Assembly (NCBI GenBank): GCA_047967505.1
Contig: CM106538.1
Reading direction: 5' to 3' (one strand)
Source: Dipteris shenzhenensis
Lineage: Eukaryota
Length of the DNA stretch: 64,000 nt
Below, in pieces: positions 13,675 to 27,278 of this stretch; the stretch's first letter is position 1, and each line of letters begins with the position of its first letter. The position numbers and the translations under genes are program-made. Below the pieces are notes generated by a model. The model saw only the letters and a list, made by a program, of their open reading frames with translations, made no database searches and was not told the origin of the DNA.

Positions 13675-13820
13675 ACATTGTGTCTTTAAAAGATTTGCAT
13701 TTTTGCAAGCTCTCATTATTTAATGGAGCCTTACTTTATTATTCAATGCAGCCTTACACATTGTGCCTTTTAAAGATTTGCAACTTTGCAAGCTCTCATT
13801 ATTTAATGGAGCCTTACTTT
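13675..13820 (+). repeat. ~83-bp-period duplication
   Basis: acattgtg..ttt.aaagatttgca..tttgcaagctctcattatttaatggagccttacttt x2. Confidence 0.85.
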
Positions 13821-13999
13821 TGGTCTAGCAACAGATTCAAGGAAGATAGACTTTGAGTTACAATCCAAGTTAGCAAAGATTAGGTAATCTATTGACAAAT
13901 TATGATAAGGTAATATGATGATAAAAGACTTGGTAATACGATGACTAAATATGCATGGCATCATGCTCTAAAATGTAGCCTTAATTTTTGTACCAATAT

Positions 14000-15690
14000 A
14001 AATTAGAAGAAGATCTATTTCACTTTGTAATGCAAGTCCATAAAGGTTATGGATTTAAAAGAATAGGATAGGGAGCAAACACACACTTGTGAAAGGATAA
14101 AAACTAGCTTTCTAACTAAATCATGATAATTGTGTCCATTATTATAAAAACTTCTAGTAGTTAAAGCAAAGAAAACAATCCTTATCTTCAACAACACTAA
14201 AGTAATGGATGCTCTAGGCTAGTAATGTATTCGTAAAGAGTCAAAGGGGAATCTTTTTGAAATGGAGTTGCAAAAGCATCTTTTGGGATAAATATACACA
14301 GTGATGGGTGGATTCGAGGACCCAAAGTAAACAAGGGGTTGATAGCTTCATCAAGAATAACAAAGCATGCATTAATCAGATAGCCCTTGAGGTGAATATG
14401 AAGCTTGATGAAGATATCTATGATGCTCCATAGGGTGGTTGATTGCAACTACAAAAAGATCAGAGTGAAAGAGGTTTGAAGACATAGCAGGCACAACCAA
14501 GCTAATCACATGGGCAATGGCATAATTGAATTTTTAAGGAAGAAGAGGTGGCATTGGCAAATTGCATTAGTAGAGGGGCATTTGAAGAGATATACAAGTT
14601 CTGGTTTGTAAAAACCTCTAGCAATTTCCCACATGGCATGTACTATCGAAAGGGTTACAAAGGAGGGGAGAGTAGCCCTTTCTTATATGTCAAACACTAT
14701 AGAAGGGGAATGTGGACTAGAGGTCTATGTGTGGGGGCGATAGAGCTAGCATAGAGATGGGATAAGGCAATTCATGTTGTATTAATTTTGTAGTAAATGG
14801 GATAGGTTATCACTTTAGGAAAAGTAAGAAGATCATTAGGCTATAGTCATGCAAGCAATGCCTCTCCTATGTCTAGTGGAGAATTGCGATTCTGGAGTCT
14901 AATTGTGGAGATGGAAGAAGCTTTGAAGATGTGGGAATAGGAAAAACTAGAGGATGATAGAGTCAAGAGTAGGTAAAACTGGTGATAGGGTGACTATCCT
15001 TTCCATTGTTATTTTTCACATTGTTAACAGAAGCTATAAGAAAGAGGTGATAGATAAGATTCGATATAAAAAAGTAATGCCTACATTGAGCATTGGAAGA
15101 TTGCAAGAGCAGATAAGTTTGATTAAAAGCTTTGACCTTGTCAAGTATGTGGAATAGGAAGCTAAGTGTGAGGACCTTTTAAAATTAATAGATGACATGA
15201 TTCCTGTAAGCACACTTTGTCACCCCTTTGGTAGCTAAGTAAGAAGGACTTGGTGGATATGTTTTGCCTGTGAGTTCATCTAAAGATATGTGAATGTAGG
15301 GTTCATTAAATTATTTCCAAAGAAGCTTGACAAACTAGTGGTTGGGGATTGTAGACCCATAACCATATTGAATTTATGGAAATGGTTATGAGTCTTAAAA
15401 TTAGAGAACTTTGCTCTTATACATTTAGTCATGAGCAGACTAGATTTATCAAGGGGCATCAATGAATGTGATGAATGTTTCTTCTACAATTAACATTGCC
15501 AAGGCCACTAATAAAAGGGTTTATAAAAATGAAGGGACATCAATGAAAATGTGCTCACTATTAGTTTTGCAATTGACTTTGCCAGGGCCACTAATCAAAG
15601 GCATATTCTCTATGATAGGATTTGTTGGAACACATGGGGTTTCGGGGAACTTTGATAGACATTTCCGGGCAAAGTGCCAGTTCCTCTTGT
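14000..15690 (+). mobile_element. Highly degraded LINE ORF2 (RT N-terminal region); boundaries approximate
   Basis: GFIKLFPKKLDKLVVGDCRPITILN (~15300-15373, cf. LIPK...WRPITLLN), EQTRFIKG and IDFARA (cf. DFxKA). Confidence 0.7.
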
Positions 15691-16060
15691 AAATACATGA
15701 AGTATCAAGAAGTCAAACGAGCTTGATGGACCAATCAATTGATTGACGTTCACCTTATCCGGCATCTCTTAGGCTCCCATAGTATTTAGGCGCTTTTGAC
15801 TCTCTAAGGGATTTTCTTGCTGACTGTGGGATACATAGCAAACTCTCTAGCAAGCAAGTTACATTATCCAAAGCATCATCTAACCAACAATGTAACCACC
15901 CATATGGAAACAAGAATTCATCAATACTAAACGCTAGGTTCCATGGGAATGCCAAAATGGCAACCCCTACAAGGATAAAGGATATACCCACCAAGAAATT
16001 TTGAATTGCTTTAGATACACAAAGTTAAAAGAAAAAATATTTTCCTAAAAATTGGAAGAA

Positions 16061-16215
16061 GGGAATCTAAAAGAAGAGAAATCCAAACCTTCAGATACTC
16101 ATATTAAAATGAACAAGGAATAAGGGAATCCGAAAAAAGGGAAATCTAAGCCTTCAGATACGCGTACTAAAAGTCCCTTGGACAAGGGCAATCCTGAAAG
16201 AAAGAATATGTAGCC
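16061..16215 (+). repeat. Degenerate ~62-bp tandem repeat
   Basis: gggaatc..aaa.aag.gaaatc.aa.ccttcagatac...ta.taaaa x2 plus a partial third copy. Confidence 0.7.
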
Positions 16216-17220
16216 AACGAGTAGCCAACACATCTCACGTTGAGGAAGATTTGAGGGTATTTATTTAAAGAACTTCACATCTGGCAGCATGCTAATTGCA
16301 CTTACCCAAACTATCCAAGAGTCAAATGTGGAAGAGATAGGTCACCAAAGAGAGCCCCTTGGGTCACATATGCATTCACAAGGAGGCCATACTCGAATAC
16401 AAGGAGCTTTCCATAAAGAATAAATAGAACCCCTCCACTTTAATCCGTTTCTCAAGTCATGGCTTGACTTTGTCCACAGGCACCTTACAAACCACTGTCT
16501 TTGCGAAAGCCCCTCTTTGTTCAGCAACCTACATGCAACAATTGGTAAGCCTCCTCATTTGAAATCCTTGGTACCACATAAAGTTGATAAACCTTATCAG
16601 TATACACAACTCTTTCTTTCTGAGATAGGTCCACCCCCTCAAAAATTCACGAATCCATAATACACGTATCTCGTGAACCGTAATATCCACTACCACAGTG
16701 TCTAAATCACCTTTCCCTCACCCATGTGAAGCCCAACAAAACGTGATGAAGTATTTAAAACCTCAAACCAATGAAATCTATGGCCTTTCCTCTTGGCCCT
16801 TACTTCAAGCTCTGGATTGTGATTGTGCCACCCCCCACTCGACTACATCTCGCATGCTCTGCTGTCGTGCACTCACGACCGTGGTGATTGTACCACCTTA
16901 TTGAAATTGGAATATTGTAAGGATCAAAATCACACCGATATTACTTTTGAGATGTCAGCTGCCTGCCAAGTAAGCTCGGCAATTAATCACTTGCCAATGT
17001 CACACAAAGATGTGGTCCTATCCATGTCCAAATGGAAGATGTGGTCCTATGCATGTCCAAATGTATTCCGCTTGGAGTAAAAAAGAACTGGGCATGGGTT
17101 GACACGTGGTATTGTTCCATGCTTTGAGAAAACCAATGGTCATGTGCTAGAGGAAATGAAAGATGCCATTGAAAAGTTAACTCAGGATCTGTTGCTCTGC
17201 GGATCTTCGGAGCGTCCACG

Positions 17221-17311
17221 ATGAAACACGGGCGTTGGTACGCTACGCTCGCGCTCGGCTCGGCGATCTGCGGCGCTGCCATGGAGTTATTTATGATCAA
17301 TACGGGCTTCT
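17221..17311 (+). CDS. First exon of a small single-TM protein (MKHGRWYATLALGSAICGAAMELFMINTGF), resembling plant GAxMELFMIKTGFYD / UPF0640-SMIM4-like proteins
   Basis: ATG at 17221 in a local CpG-rich patch; hydrophobic helix plus the recalled conserved motif; GT donor at 17312 (or 17314). The downstream exon was not securely found. Confidence 0.65.
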
Positions 17312-17846
17312 GTGTGTGAGATGCTCCAAAACTTCACGTCCTATCTTCTTGAAAAAGCAAGCTTGCTCATATTCACATCTTTGAAGTCAAACCTTTGAAA
17401 TTAGATCAAAGAAAAGGCACTAGAAAGAAGTCGAAGTATGCCCAAAATACACTTTCTGTTTGAAATTTGGTTAAAGAATGGGCACGCATTGGACGGTCTT
17501 ACTGGCGTAAGTATCCAGGTTTTGTTTCTTGGCTCCACGGAAGTTACGGAAATCTTAGGCATAGTACAGATGCTCAAAATAATACACAAAAAAGTTGGCT
17601 CGGGGGTTCGTGAGAGGGAGAATGGTATTTACTAAGGCTTGTGAAAGACCAAAAAATGCTTATGAGACCACAAGCTAAACTGAAACACCCTGTATAGGGG
17701 AACTAGAAATTTGTAGCACACCTCTATTTATGTAGTGAAAACTAGAGAAAAAGCTGTAAATACATACGAGATTTGATGAAACAAGCCAAGGATCTCGCTG
17801 GTGTCCAGAGCTGGCCCATAGCTATTCCTGGATCTGTAGGTGCCCA

Positions 17847-18021
17847 GCGTCAGGATAAAGCCATTCTCAGTCAGCCAGAGAAAATGGTTTCTGTAGGATG
17901 CTAGTTTGATGGCATGAAGTGGCATTGAGGATACCCAAGTAGGTGTACCTGCGTCAGGATAAAGTCATCCTCAGTTAGGCGGAGAAAATGGCCTCTCTAA
18001 AATGCCATTTTGATGGCATAA
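17847..18021 (+). repeat. Diverged ~104-bp-period duplication
   Basis: gcgtcaggataaag.cat.ctcagt.ag...gagaaaatgg...ttgatggcat x2. Confidence 0.8.
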
Positions 18022-18159
18022 AGGAAGAAGGAGGTCGTCTCTAATGATCCAATGGATCTTCTATTGTGTCAGACATAGAGAGGGTGCATCTAGAGAATAT
18101 TGGTATGGAGGAGGTGGACATGCTTAGAGAGTTAAAAAATCTGATGACTCGTGCATACC

Positions 18160-19171
18160 TTTTTTTTGTTTTTTAAACAAAGAAAATGAACTGCCATTAA
18201 TGCATTGAAATAACCAACCATACAAATCAGCAAAACCAAAAGGTGTTGACCATAGGAAACAAGATAGAACTTAACAAAACCAGCTTACTCCTACAGAACT
18301 CAGCTCACTGCCTAGGGAATCTCTAGAACTTGGTTGTCAAAAAGAAACCAGCTTACTTTAGGAGAACTTAGCTCACTGCCTAGGGAATCTCCTAAATGGG
18401 GGTTAGCAGCGAATACCTCTTGCCACAGTGAGGACATAAAAAATGCATGCATGCCATGCCTTGCAGAAACAGTCCTGCTTTCCGGCGGTAGCTCCAGATT
18501 CCGGAGTCCTTGTGCTCCCAGATGGCATGTAGGGTGTAAAGAATATCCTACCAAATGGCGACAAAAGTGGCTGCTAGGAAAATTTGATGTCCTCCCATCA
18601 CCAAAATGCAATGGGCAACCCATATGTTCCAAGCAGTAATGTTGGGCACCGTCTTCCATACACTATTCTCTAGCGAAGGCGTAGGGCGTACATGGCAGGG
18701 AGGCACCGCATCATATGCCTCAATCCTAACCACATGCTGGCCTTGGATCCGGTAAGTTAGACCTCCCTACGCGACCATCCCCCATGTGAAGTCTTGTTGA
18801 ATCGGCTGCATGTTGACCACAATCCTACACGCCACTAACCAAATCCTATCTAGCGCTGGGCATCCCAGAGATAGTGAGATATCAACTTTAGCACTCTGCC
18901 TGTGCAACTAGTGGCAGCTGCCATCCACCCGCATCTGCTCCATCCAAGGGCGAATGGGCAAGCTCCCATGAGCCATGAGATTTTCCGTGGTCTCAGGCTA
19001 GTCCAGAGACGCGACCAAAAGCGAGAGAGAACCTCATGTGGACCTCTTGCTCAACCCAATGACGCTTCCTCAAGGGGGTCCAGGCTATGGCTTTTAGCTG
19101 CAAGCAGTGGCCAATGTGAGTCGTATAGGAGAAAACGGACACCTCCTCTACTCTATTCGTGTGCTCTACTC
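18160..19171 (-). mobile_element. LINE 3' end relic
   Basis: Poly(T) at ~18160-18174 on +. The minus strand has LHAIWEHK (cf. IWxxRN) and a degenerate LP..C..C..CP zinc-finger region. Cut off by the LTR at 19172. Confidence 0.55.
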
Positions 19172-22100
19172 TGAAGGATCGCATAAACAAAAGAGAGCAC
19201 GTACAAGGTGTTGGGATATCAAGCTCCACTCGTGATATGCCAGGGTGACCGTTGTGCATTTATGTCACCGACTTGTTGGTACACCACCCATGAATAATAG
19301 CTGGATTACAACTATCTTTATGTACTCTAGTTAGTGCAAATTGGTAAAGTTTCTTTGTCTATGCAGGATGGGAAAAAGAAATACTTGTCTGATGTATTTC
19401 ATGTCCCGAATATCACCAAGAACCTGGTTTCTGTTGGTCAAATGGTTGAGCAGGGCTTGCAAGTCAGATTTAATCCTCATGGATGCTTTGTTGAGGATAT
19501 GAAAAATAAAGGTCGCTTGATAGCAAAAGGGAAAAAGAAGGGCATGATGTTTATGTTGGATGCGGACATGTCTGAATTGAGTACAGCAATGTTTGCACAT
19601 AGGATCGGTGGAGTTGCAGATATTGATATTTGGCATAAACGCATTGGTCATGTTAATGTACAACAACTTAAATTAATGCAGGCTCAAAATATTGTTGCAG
19701 GATTGCCTAAGTTCAAGGTTGCAGAAATGCATAAGGTATGTGAAGCCTGTCAATTTGGAAAACAGGCAAGGAAACTATTTCTTAGACATGTTCAAGAGAG
19801 TAAGAGGTCATTGGAATTAATCCACTCTGATGTGTGGACTACTAAAGCTGCATCTATTGGAGGCAGTTATTATTTTGTCACTTTTATTGATAACTATAGC
19901 AGAAAAATTTGGGTATATTTTATGAAAAAGAAAAGTGAAGTGTTTGGGCATTTCAAAGCTTTTAAAGTTATGGTTGAGAAAGAAATAGGCTTGCAAATAA
20001 AATGCCTAAGGTCAGATGGAGGGGGAGAGTACCTCTCAAATGAGTTTGCAAGATTCCTGCAAGAGCATGGCATAAAGCAAGAGAAGTGAAGTGTTTGGGC
20101 ATTTCAAAGCTTTTAAAGTTATGGTTGAGAAAGAAATAGGCCTGCAAATAAAATGCCTAAGGTCAGATGGAGGGAGAGAGTACCTCTCAAATGAGTTTGC
20201 AAGATTTCTGCAAGAGCATGGCATAAAGCAGCAATATTCATGCAGTCATATCCCACAGCGAAATGGACTTGCAAAAAGGAAAAACAGGCATATTGGAGAG
20301 GTATCTCGTGTCATGCTCCACGAAAAAGACCTGTCAAATTATTATTGGACTGAAGCAGTTGCTACAGCAGTCTACATAATGAACAGGACTCCTACTGTAG
20401 TTATACATGGCATGACGCTAGAGGAAAGGTATACTGGTAGGAAATCAAATATTTCTCATTTAAAAGTTTTTTGTTGCATTTGTTCGTGTGTCAGATGAGT
20501 TGAGATCCAAGTTGGATTCAAAAGCTGAGAAGTGCATCTTTATTGATTATTCTCTGCAGCAGAAAGGCTATAGATGCTATAACCTTTCTACTCGTAAGTT
20601 TACAGTGAGTAGAGATGTTTTTTTTAATGAGATGAGCAGCTGGTATAAACCAGTAAATGGTATAGACCTGTCAGATTATTATTGGACTGAAGCAGTTGCT
20701 ACAGCAGTCTACATAATGAACAGGACTCCTACTGTAGCAATACATGGCATGACGCTAGAGGAAAGGTATACTGGTAGGAAATCAAATATTTCTCATTTAA
20801 AAGTTTTTTGTTGCATTTGTTCGTGTGTCAGATGAGTTGAGATCCAAGTTGGATCCAAAAGCTGAGAAGTGCATCTTTATTGATTATTCTCTGCAGCAGA
20901 AAGGCTATAGATGCTATAACCTTTCTACTCGTAAGTTTACAGTGAGTAGAGATGTTTTTTTTAATGAGATGAGCAGCTGGTATAAACCAGTAAATGTGAT
21001 TGATGATGTAGATGCACAAAATGGTCAGTGGACATGTAGTGTACTCTAGCAGTAATTCACATACTTCGCCATGGATAGGCAGATTGAGATCAGGAGAATC
21101 TCCTCAAAGCAATGCAAATAGTGGTATGCAAGTATCACGAAAGGAAAAAGAGAAAGTAGATCAGCCCATGGTTGATGTGAATGCAGGTCACTCTTATGTG
21201 GATGGTGAATCCAGTGGCTCAGAACAGAGCCTTGATGATGAGTTGGGTATTCCTTCTGTTGTTACACCTGAAGTAAGGAAGACAAAGGATGTTTTGAGAG
21301 TACCTGGTAGTAAGCCTATTTTGCGCAGGTCTACCAGAGTTAAGTATCATGTGGATAGGCTGAAATATGATGGAGTTACAGCCATTCACTATGCCTATAT
21401 GATCAAAGTGATACATAAACCAGAACCCACTTCTTTTGAGCAAGCCATGGGAAAAGAAAAATGAGAGAAAGCTATGGTTGAAGAAATGGATGCTTTAGAA
21501 GCAAATGCTACATGGGAATTGGTGTCTTTGCCTAAAGACAAGAATGCAATTGGCTGCAAGTGGGTCTATAAGGTGAAGCACAATGCAGATGGTTCTGTGA
21601 GCAGATACAAGGCAAGATTAGTTGTCAAGGGGTATGTACAGACATATGGCATTGATTATGAAGAAACATTCAGTCCGGTTGCAAGGATGGCAACCGTAAG
21701 AGCAGCCATTGCTATGGGTGCATCAAAGGAATGGTCTTTACATCAGATGGATGTAAAGAATGTCTTCTTGCATGGTGATTTGCAAGAAGAGGTCTATATG
21801 GAGCAGCCATCAGGTTATGTGCATGATGTTTATCCTGAGTTTGTTTGCAGGTTGAAGAAAGCCTTGTATGGCTTGAAGCAAGCATCAAGAGCATGGTCTG
21901 ATAAAATAGGACAGTATCTTGTCACTATAAGCTTTCAAATTTCCACGGTAGATTTCTCACTTTATGTGAGAAAACAGAGAAAGGTATTATGCTGCTTGTC
22001 ATTTATGTTGATGATTTGATCATCACAAGTGATAGTAATGAAGATATCATTCATGTGAAAATGCTATTGAAGCAGAAGTTTGAGATAAAGGATTTGGGAA

Positions 22101-23374
22101 AGCTGCATTACTTCTTGGACATTGAGGTGATTAGATTCACAAGTGGAATATGGCTCTTGCAGAGGCAGTATGGATTGGACATGCTGTCCAAATATGAGAT
22201 GACAGGCTGTAAGCCTATTTCAGTTCCTTTGGAGCAAAACGTGAAGCTGAGCGCAGATGCAGGTGAGCTTCTGAAAGATCCTACTATGTACAGACGCATA
22301 GTAGAAAGTTTGATTTATATGACTATTGTCGTGCCAGATTTGAGCTATGCTGTTAGGTTGGTAAGTCAGTTTATATAAGCTCCAAGGAAATCGCATTTGG
22401 ATGCGGCTAGACGCATACTGAGGTATGTGAAGTTCACATTGTAGTATGGACTATTTTATGAGACTGGGGTTCAGATACAGTTGCATGGATACACTGATGC
22501 TGATTGGGTTATTTCTGATAGACGATCTACGAGTGGATATGTGTTCTCTTTTGGGAGTGGTGCAGGCTCCAAGGAAATCGCATTTAGATGCGGCTAGACG
22601 CATACTGAGGTATGTGAAGTCCACATTGTAGTATGGACTATTTTATGAGATTGGGGTTCAGATACAGTTGCATGGATACACTGATGCTGATTGAGCTGGT
22701 AGTATTTCTAATAGACGATCTACCAGTGGATATGTGTTCTCTTTTGGAAGTGTTGCAGTCACTTGGAGCAGCAAGAAACAACCTACAGTTGTCTTATCGA
22801 GCACAGAGACTGAGTACAGAAGTGCAGCAATGGTTGCATGTGAGGTAGCTTTGTTGCGTAAGCTACTTTATGATTTGCATCAGTCTACAGATGGGTCAGT
22901 TGTCATTTATTGTGATAACATGAGCAGTATACACTTGGCAAATAGCCCAGTCTATCATGCTAGAACAAAGCACTTTAAGGTGCATTATCACTATGTGCGA
23001 GAGAAGGTTCTAGTAGGTTTTATTGATTTGGTTTATGTCAACACAGAGGATCAGGTAGCTGACATATTCACGAAGGCCTTGGGTGCAGAGAAGCTGCACA
23101 AGTTCAGAGACCTGCTTAGTGTGCAGGAATTGGGATTCAGCTTGAGGAGGAGTGTTGAGATATTGAGCTCCACTCGTGATATGTCAGGTTGACTGTTGTG
23201 CATTTATGTCACCGACTTGTTAGCTGCAGATGTGGTTGGTACACCGCCCATGAATAATAGCTGGATGACAGCTATCTTTATGTACTCTAGTTAGTGGCTC
23301 AGTTAGTATGCCACCTAGGTTAGCTGAGTTTGGTATGAGACCCACATATAGGGTTCATCTATTCCTTTTGTACT

Positions 23375-24064
23375 AAGAGAGAGTTCTTTTGGCTTACATA
23401 ACTAAGAAGAGGAAAACTGTTTTCAGCCTCCACCTTTGTGTGTATTCCCCCATTGTGTATGTGAGAAAGTTGCAAGTGAGACTCCTTACTTCTCTCCCAC
23501 TAACTTCACACAAGGTACAAGGGTCGATGAGAAACGCCGTCATGTCAACTAGGATAGATGAAAAAAGGAGTACAAGGTACTTGTACCTAGACCTAGGACT
23601 AAGTGTCTTAGGTGTCACATAGGACTAAGTGTCCTATGTGGCCTAAACGGCACTAACACTACAAGTGCCTATATTTATGCCTACAAGGCACATATCATGG
23701 CCTATAGGGCATCACTTTACCAGAGTGTCACATACTGGCAATGATATGTGCCTTGTAGGCATAAATATAGGCACTTGTAGTGTTAGTGCCGTTTAGGCCA
23801 CATAGGACACTTAGTCCTATGTGACACCTAAGACACTTAGTCCTAGGTCTAGGTATAAGTACCTTGTACTCCTTTTTTCATCTATCCTAGTTGACATGAC
23901 GGCGTTTCTCATCGACCCTTGTACCTTGTGTGAAGTTAGTGGGAGAGAAGTAAGGAGTCTCACTTGTAACTTTCTCACATACACAATGGGGGAATACACA
24001 CAAAGGTGGAGGCTGAAAACAGTTTTCCTCTTCTTAGTTATGTAAGCCAAAAGAACTCTCTCTT
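23375..24064. repeat. Inverted repeat, 324-bp arms (23375-23698 / 23741-24064), 42-bp spacer
   Basis: The arms are reverse complements with two mismatches seen; mirror ORFs appear in the track. Confidence 0.95.
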
Positions 24065-26588
24065 GGATCCAAAAGCTGAGAAGTGCATCTTCATTGATTA
24101 TTCTCTGCAGCAGAAAGGCTATAGATGCTATAACCTTTCTACTCGTAAGTTTACAGTGAGTAGAGATGCTTTTTTTAATGAGATGAGCAGCTGGTATAAA
24201 CCAGTAAATGTGATTGATGATGTAGATGCACAAAATGGTCAGTGGACATGTAGTGTCCTCTAGCAGTGATTCACATACTTCGCCATGGATAGGCAGATTG
24301 AGATCAGGAGAATCTCCTCAAAGCAATGCAGATAGTGGTATGCAAGTATCACGAAAGGAAAAAGAGAAAGTAGATCAGCCCATGGTTGATGTGAATGCAG
24401 GTCACTCTTATGTGGATGGTGAATCCAGTGGCTCAGAACAGAGCCTTGATGATGAGTTGGGTATTCCTTCTGTTGTTACACCTGAAGTAAGGAAGACAAA
24501 GGATGTTTTGAGAGTACCTGGTAGTGAGCCTATTTTGCGCAGGTCTACCAGAGTTAAGTATCATGTGGATAGGCTGAAATATGATGGAGTTACAGCCATT
24601 CACTATGCCTATATGATCAAAGTGATACATAAACCAGAACCCACTTCTTTTGAGCAAGCCATGGGAAAAGAAAAATGAGAGAAAGCTATGGTTGAAGAAA
24701 TGGATGCTTTAGAAGCAAATGCTACATGGGAATTGGTGTCTTTGCCTAACGACAAGAATGCAATTGGCTGCAAGTGGGTCTATAAGGTGAAGCACAATGC
24801 AGATGGTTCTATGAGCAGATACAAGGCAAGATTAGTTATCAAGGGGTATGTACAGACATATGGCATTGATTATGAAGAAACATTCAGTCCGGTTGCAAGG
24901 ATGGCAACCGTAAAAGCAGCCATTGCTATGGGTGCATCAAAGGGATGGTCTTTACATCAGATGGATGTAAAGAATGTCTTCTTGCATGGTGATTTGCAAG
25001 AAGAGGTCTATATGGAGCAGCCATCAGGTTATGTGCATGATGTTTATCCTGAGTTTGTTTGCAGGTTGAAGAAAGCCTTGTATGGCTTGAAGCAAGCATC
25101 AAGAGCATGGTCTGATAAAATAGGACAGTATCTTGTCACTATAAGCTTTCAAATTTCCACGGTAGATTTCTCACTTTATGTGAGAAAACAGAGAAAGGTA
25201 TTATGCTGCTTGTCATTTATGTTGATGATTTGATCATCACAAGTGATAGTAATGAAGATATCATTCATGTGAAAATGCTATTGAAGCAGAAGTTTGAGAT
25301 AAAGGATTTGGGAAAGCTGCATTACTTCTTGGACATTGAGGTGATTAGATTCACAAGTGGAATATGGCTCTTGCAGAGGCAGTATGGATTGGACATGCTG
25401 TCCAAATATGAGATGACAGGCTGTAAGCCTATTTCAGTTCCTTTGGAGCAAAACGTGAAGCTGAGCGCAGATGCAGGTGAGCTTCTGAAAGATCCTACTA
25501 TGTACAGACGCATAGTAGAAAGTTTGATTTATATGACTATTGTCGTGCCAGATTTGAGCTATGCTGTTAGGTTGGTAAGTCAGTTTATATAAGCTCCAAG
25601 GAAATCGCATTTGGATGCGGCTAGACGCATACTGAGGTATGTGAAGTTCACATTGTAGTATGGACTATTTTATGAGACTGGGGTTCAGATACAGTTGCAT
25701 GGATACACTGATGCTGATTGGGTTATTTCTGATAGACGATCTACGAGTGGATATGTGTTCTCTTTTGGGAGTGGTGCAGGCTCCAAGGAAATCGCATTTA
25801 GATGCGGCTAGACGCATACTGAGGTATGTGAAGTCCACATTGTAGTATGGACTATTTTATGAGATTGGGGTTCAGATACAGTTGCATGGATACACTGATG
25901 CTGATTGAGCTGGTAGTATTTCTAATAGACGATCTACCAGTGGATATGTGTTCTCTTTTGGAAGTGTTGCAGTCACTTGGAGCAGCAAGAAACAACCTAC
26001 AGTTGTCTTATCGAGCACAGAGACTGAGTACAGAAGTGCAGCAATGGTTGCATGTGAGGTAGCTTTGTTGCGTAAGCTACTTTATGATTTGCATCAGTCT
26101 ACAGATGGGTCAGTTGTCATTTATTGTGATAACATGAGCAGTATACACTTGGCAAATAGCCCAGTCTATCATGCTAGAACAAAGCACTTTAAGGTGCATT
26201 ATCACTATGTGCGAGAGAAGGTTCTAGTAGGTTTTATTGATTTGGTTTATGTCAACACAGAGGATCAGGTAGCTGACATATTCACGAAGGCCTTGGGTGC
26301 AGAGAAGCTGCACAAGTTCAGAGACCTGCTTAGTGTGCAGGAATTGGGATTCAGCTTGAGGAGGAGTGTTGAGATATTGAGCTCCACTCGTGATATGTCA
26401 GGTTGACTGTTGTGCATTTATGTCACCGACTTGTTAGCTGCAGATGTGGTTGGTACACCGCCCATGAATAATAGCTGGATGACAGCTATCTTTATGTACT
26501 CTAGTTAGTGGCTCAGTTAGTATGCCACCTAGGTTAGCTGAGTTTGGTATGAGACCCACATATAGGGTTCATCTATTCCTTTTGTACT

Positions 26589-27278
26589 AAGAGAGAGTTC
26601 TTTTGGCTTACATAACTAAGAAGAGGAAAACTGTTTTCAGCCTCCACCTTTGTGTGTATTCCCCCATTGTGTATGTGAGAAAGTTGCAAGTGAGACTCCT
26701 TACTTCTCTCCCACTAACTTCACACAAGGTACAAGGGTCGATGAGAAACGCCGTCATGTCAACTAGGATAGATGAAAAAAGGAGTACAAGGTACTTGTAC
26801 CTAGACCTAGGACTAAGTGTCTTAGGTGTCACATAGGACTAAGTGTCCTATGTGGCCTAAACGGCACTAACACTACAAGTGCCTATATTTATGCCTACAA
26901 GGCACATATCATGGCCTATAGGGCATCACTTTACCAGAGTGTCACATACTGGCAATGATATGTGCCTTGTAGGCATAAATATAGGCACTTGTAGTGTTAG
27001 TGCCGTTTAGGCCACATAGGACACTTAGTCCTATGTGACACCTAAGACACTTAGTCCTAGGTCTAGGTATAAGTACCTTGTACTCCTTTTTTCATCTATC
27101 CTAGTTGACATGACGGCGTTTCTCATCGACCCTTGTACCTTGTGTGAAGTTAGTGGGAGAGAAGTAAGGAGTCTCACTTGTAACTTTCTCACATACACAA
27201 TGGGGGAATACACACAAAGGTGGAGGCTGAAAACAGTTTTCCTCTTCTTAGTTATGTAAGCCAAAAGAACTCTCTCTT
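26589..27278. repeat. Second copy of the 324-bp-arm inverted repeat
   Basis: Same as 23375-24064 at a +3214 offset. Confidence 0.95.

Noticed and set aside
18073-18160. Alternative exon 2 for the small gene (YIERVHLENIGMEEVDMLRELKNLM)
   Set aside because: The phase fits the 17312 donor, but it has little resemblance to the expected continuation and runs into the LINE poly(T)
19167-19171. TSD for Copia C
   Set aside because: No matching 5-mer at the right end, where the LTR terminus appears disrupted
23389-24045. Recurrent 74-77-aa ORFs present in many copies on both strands
   Set aside because: They are chance ORFs in LTR sequence, multiplied by the inversion and triplication
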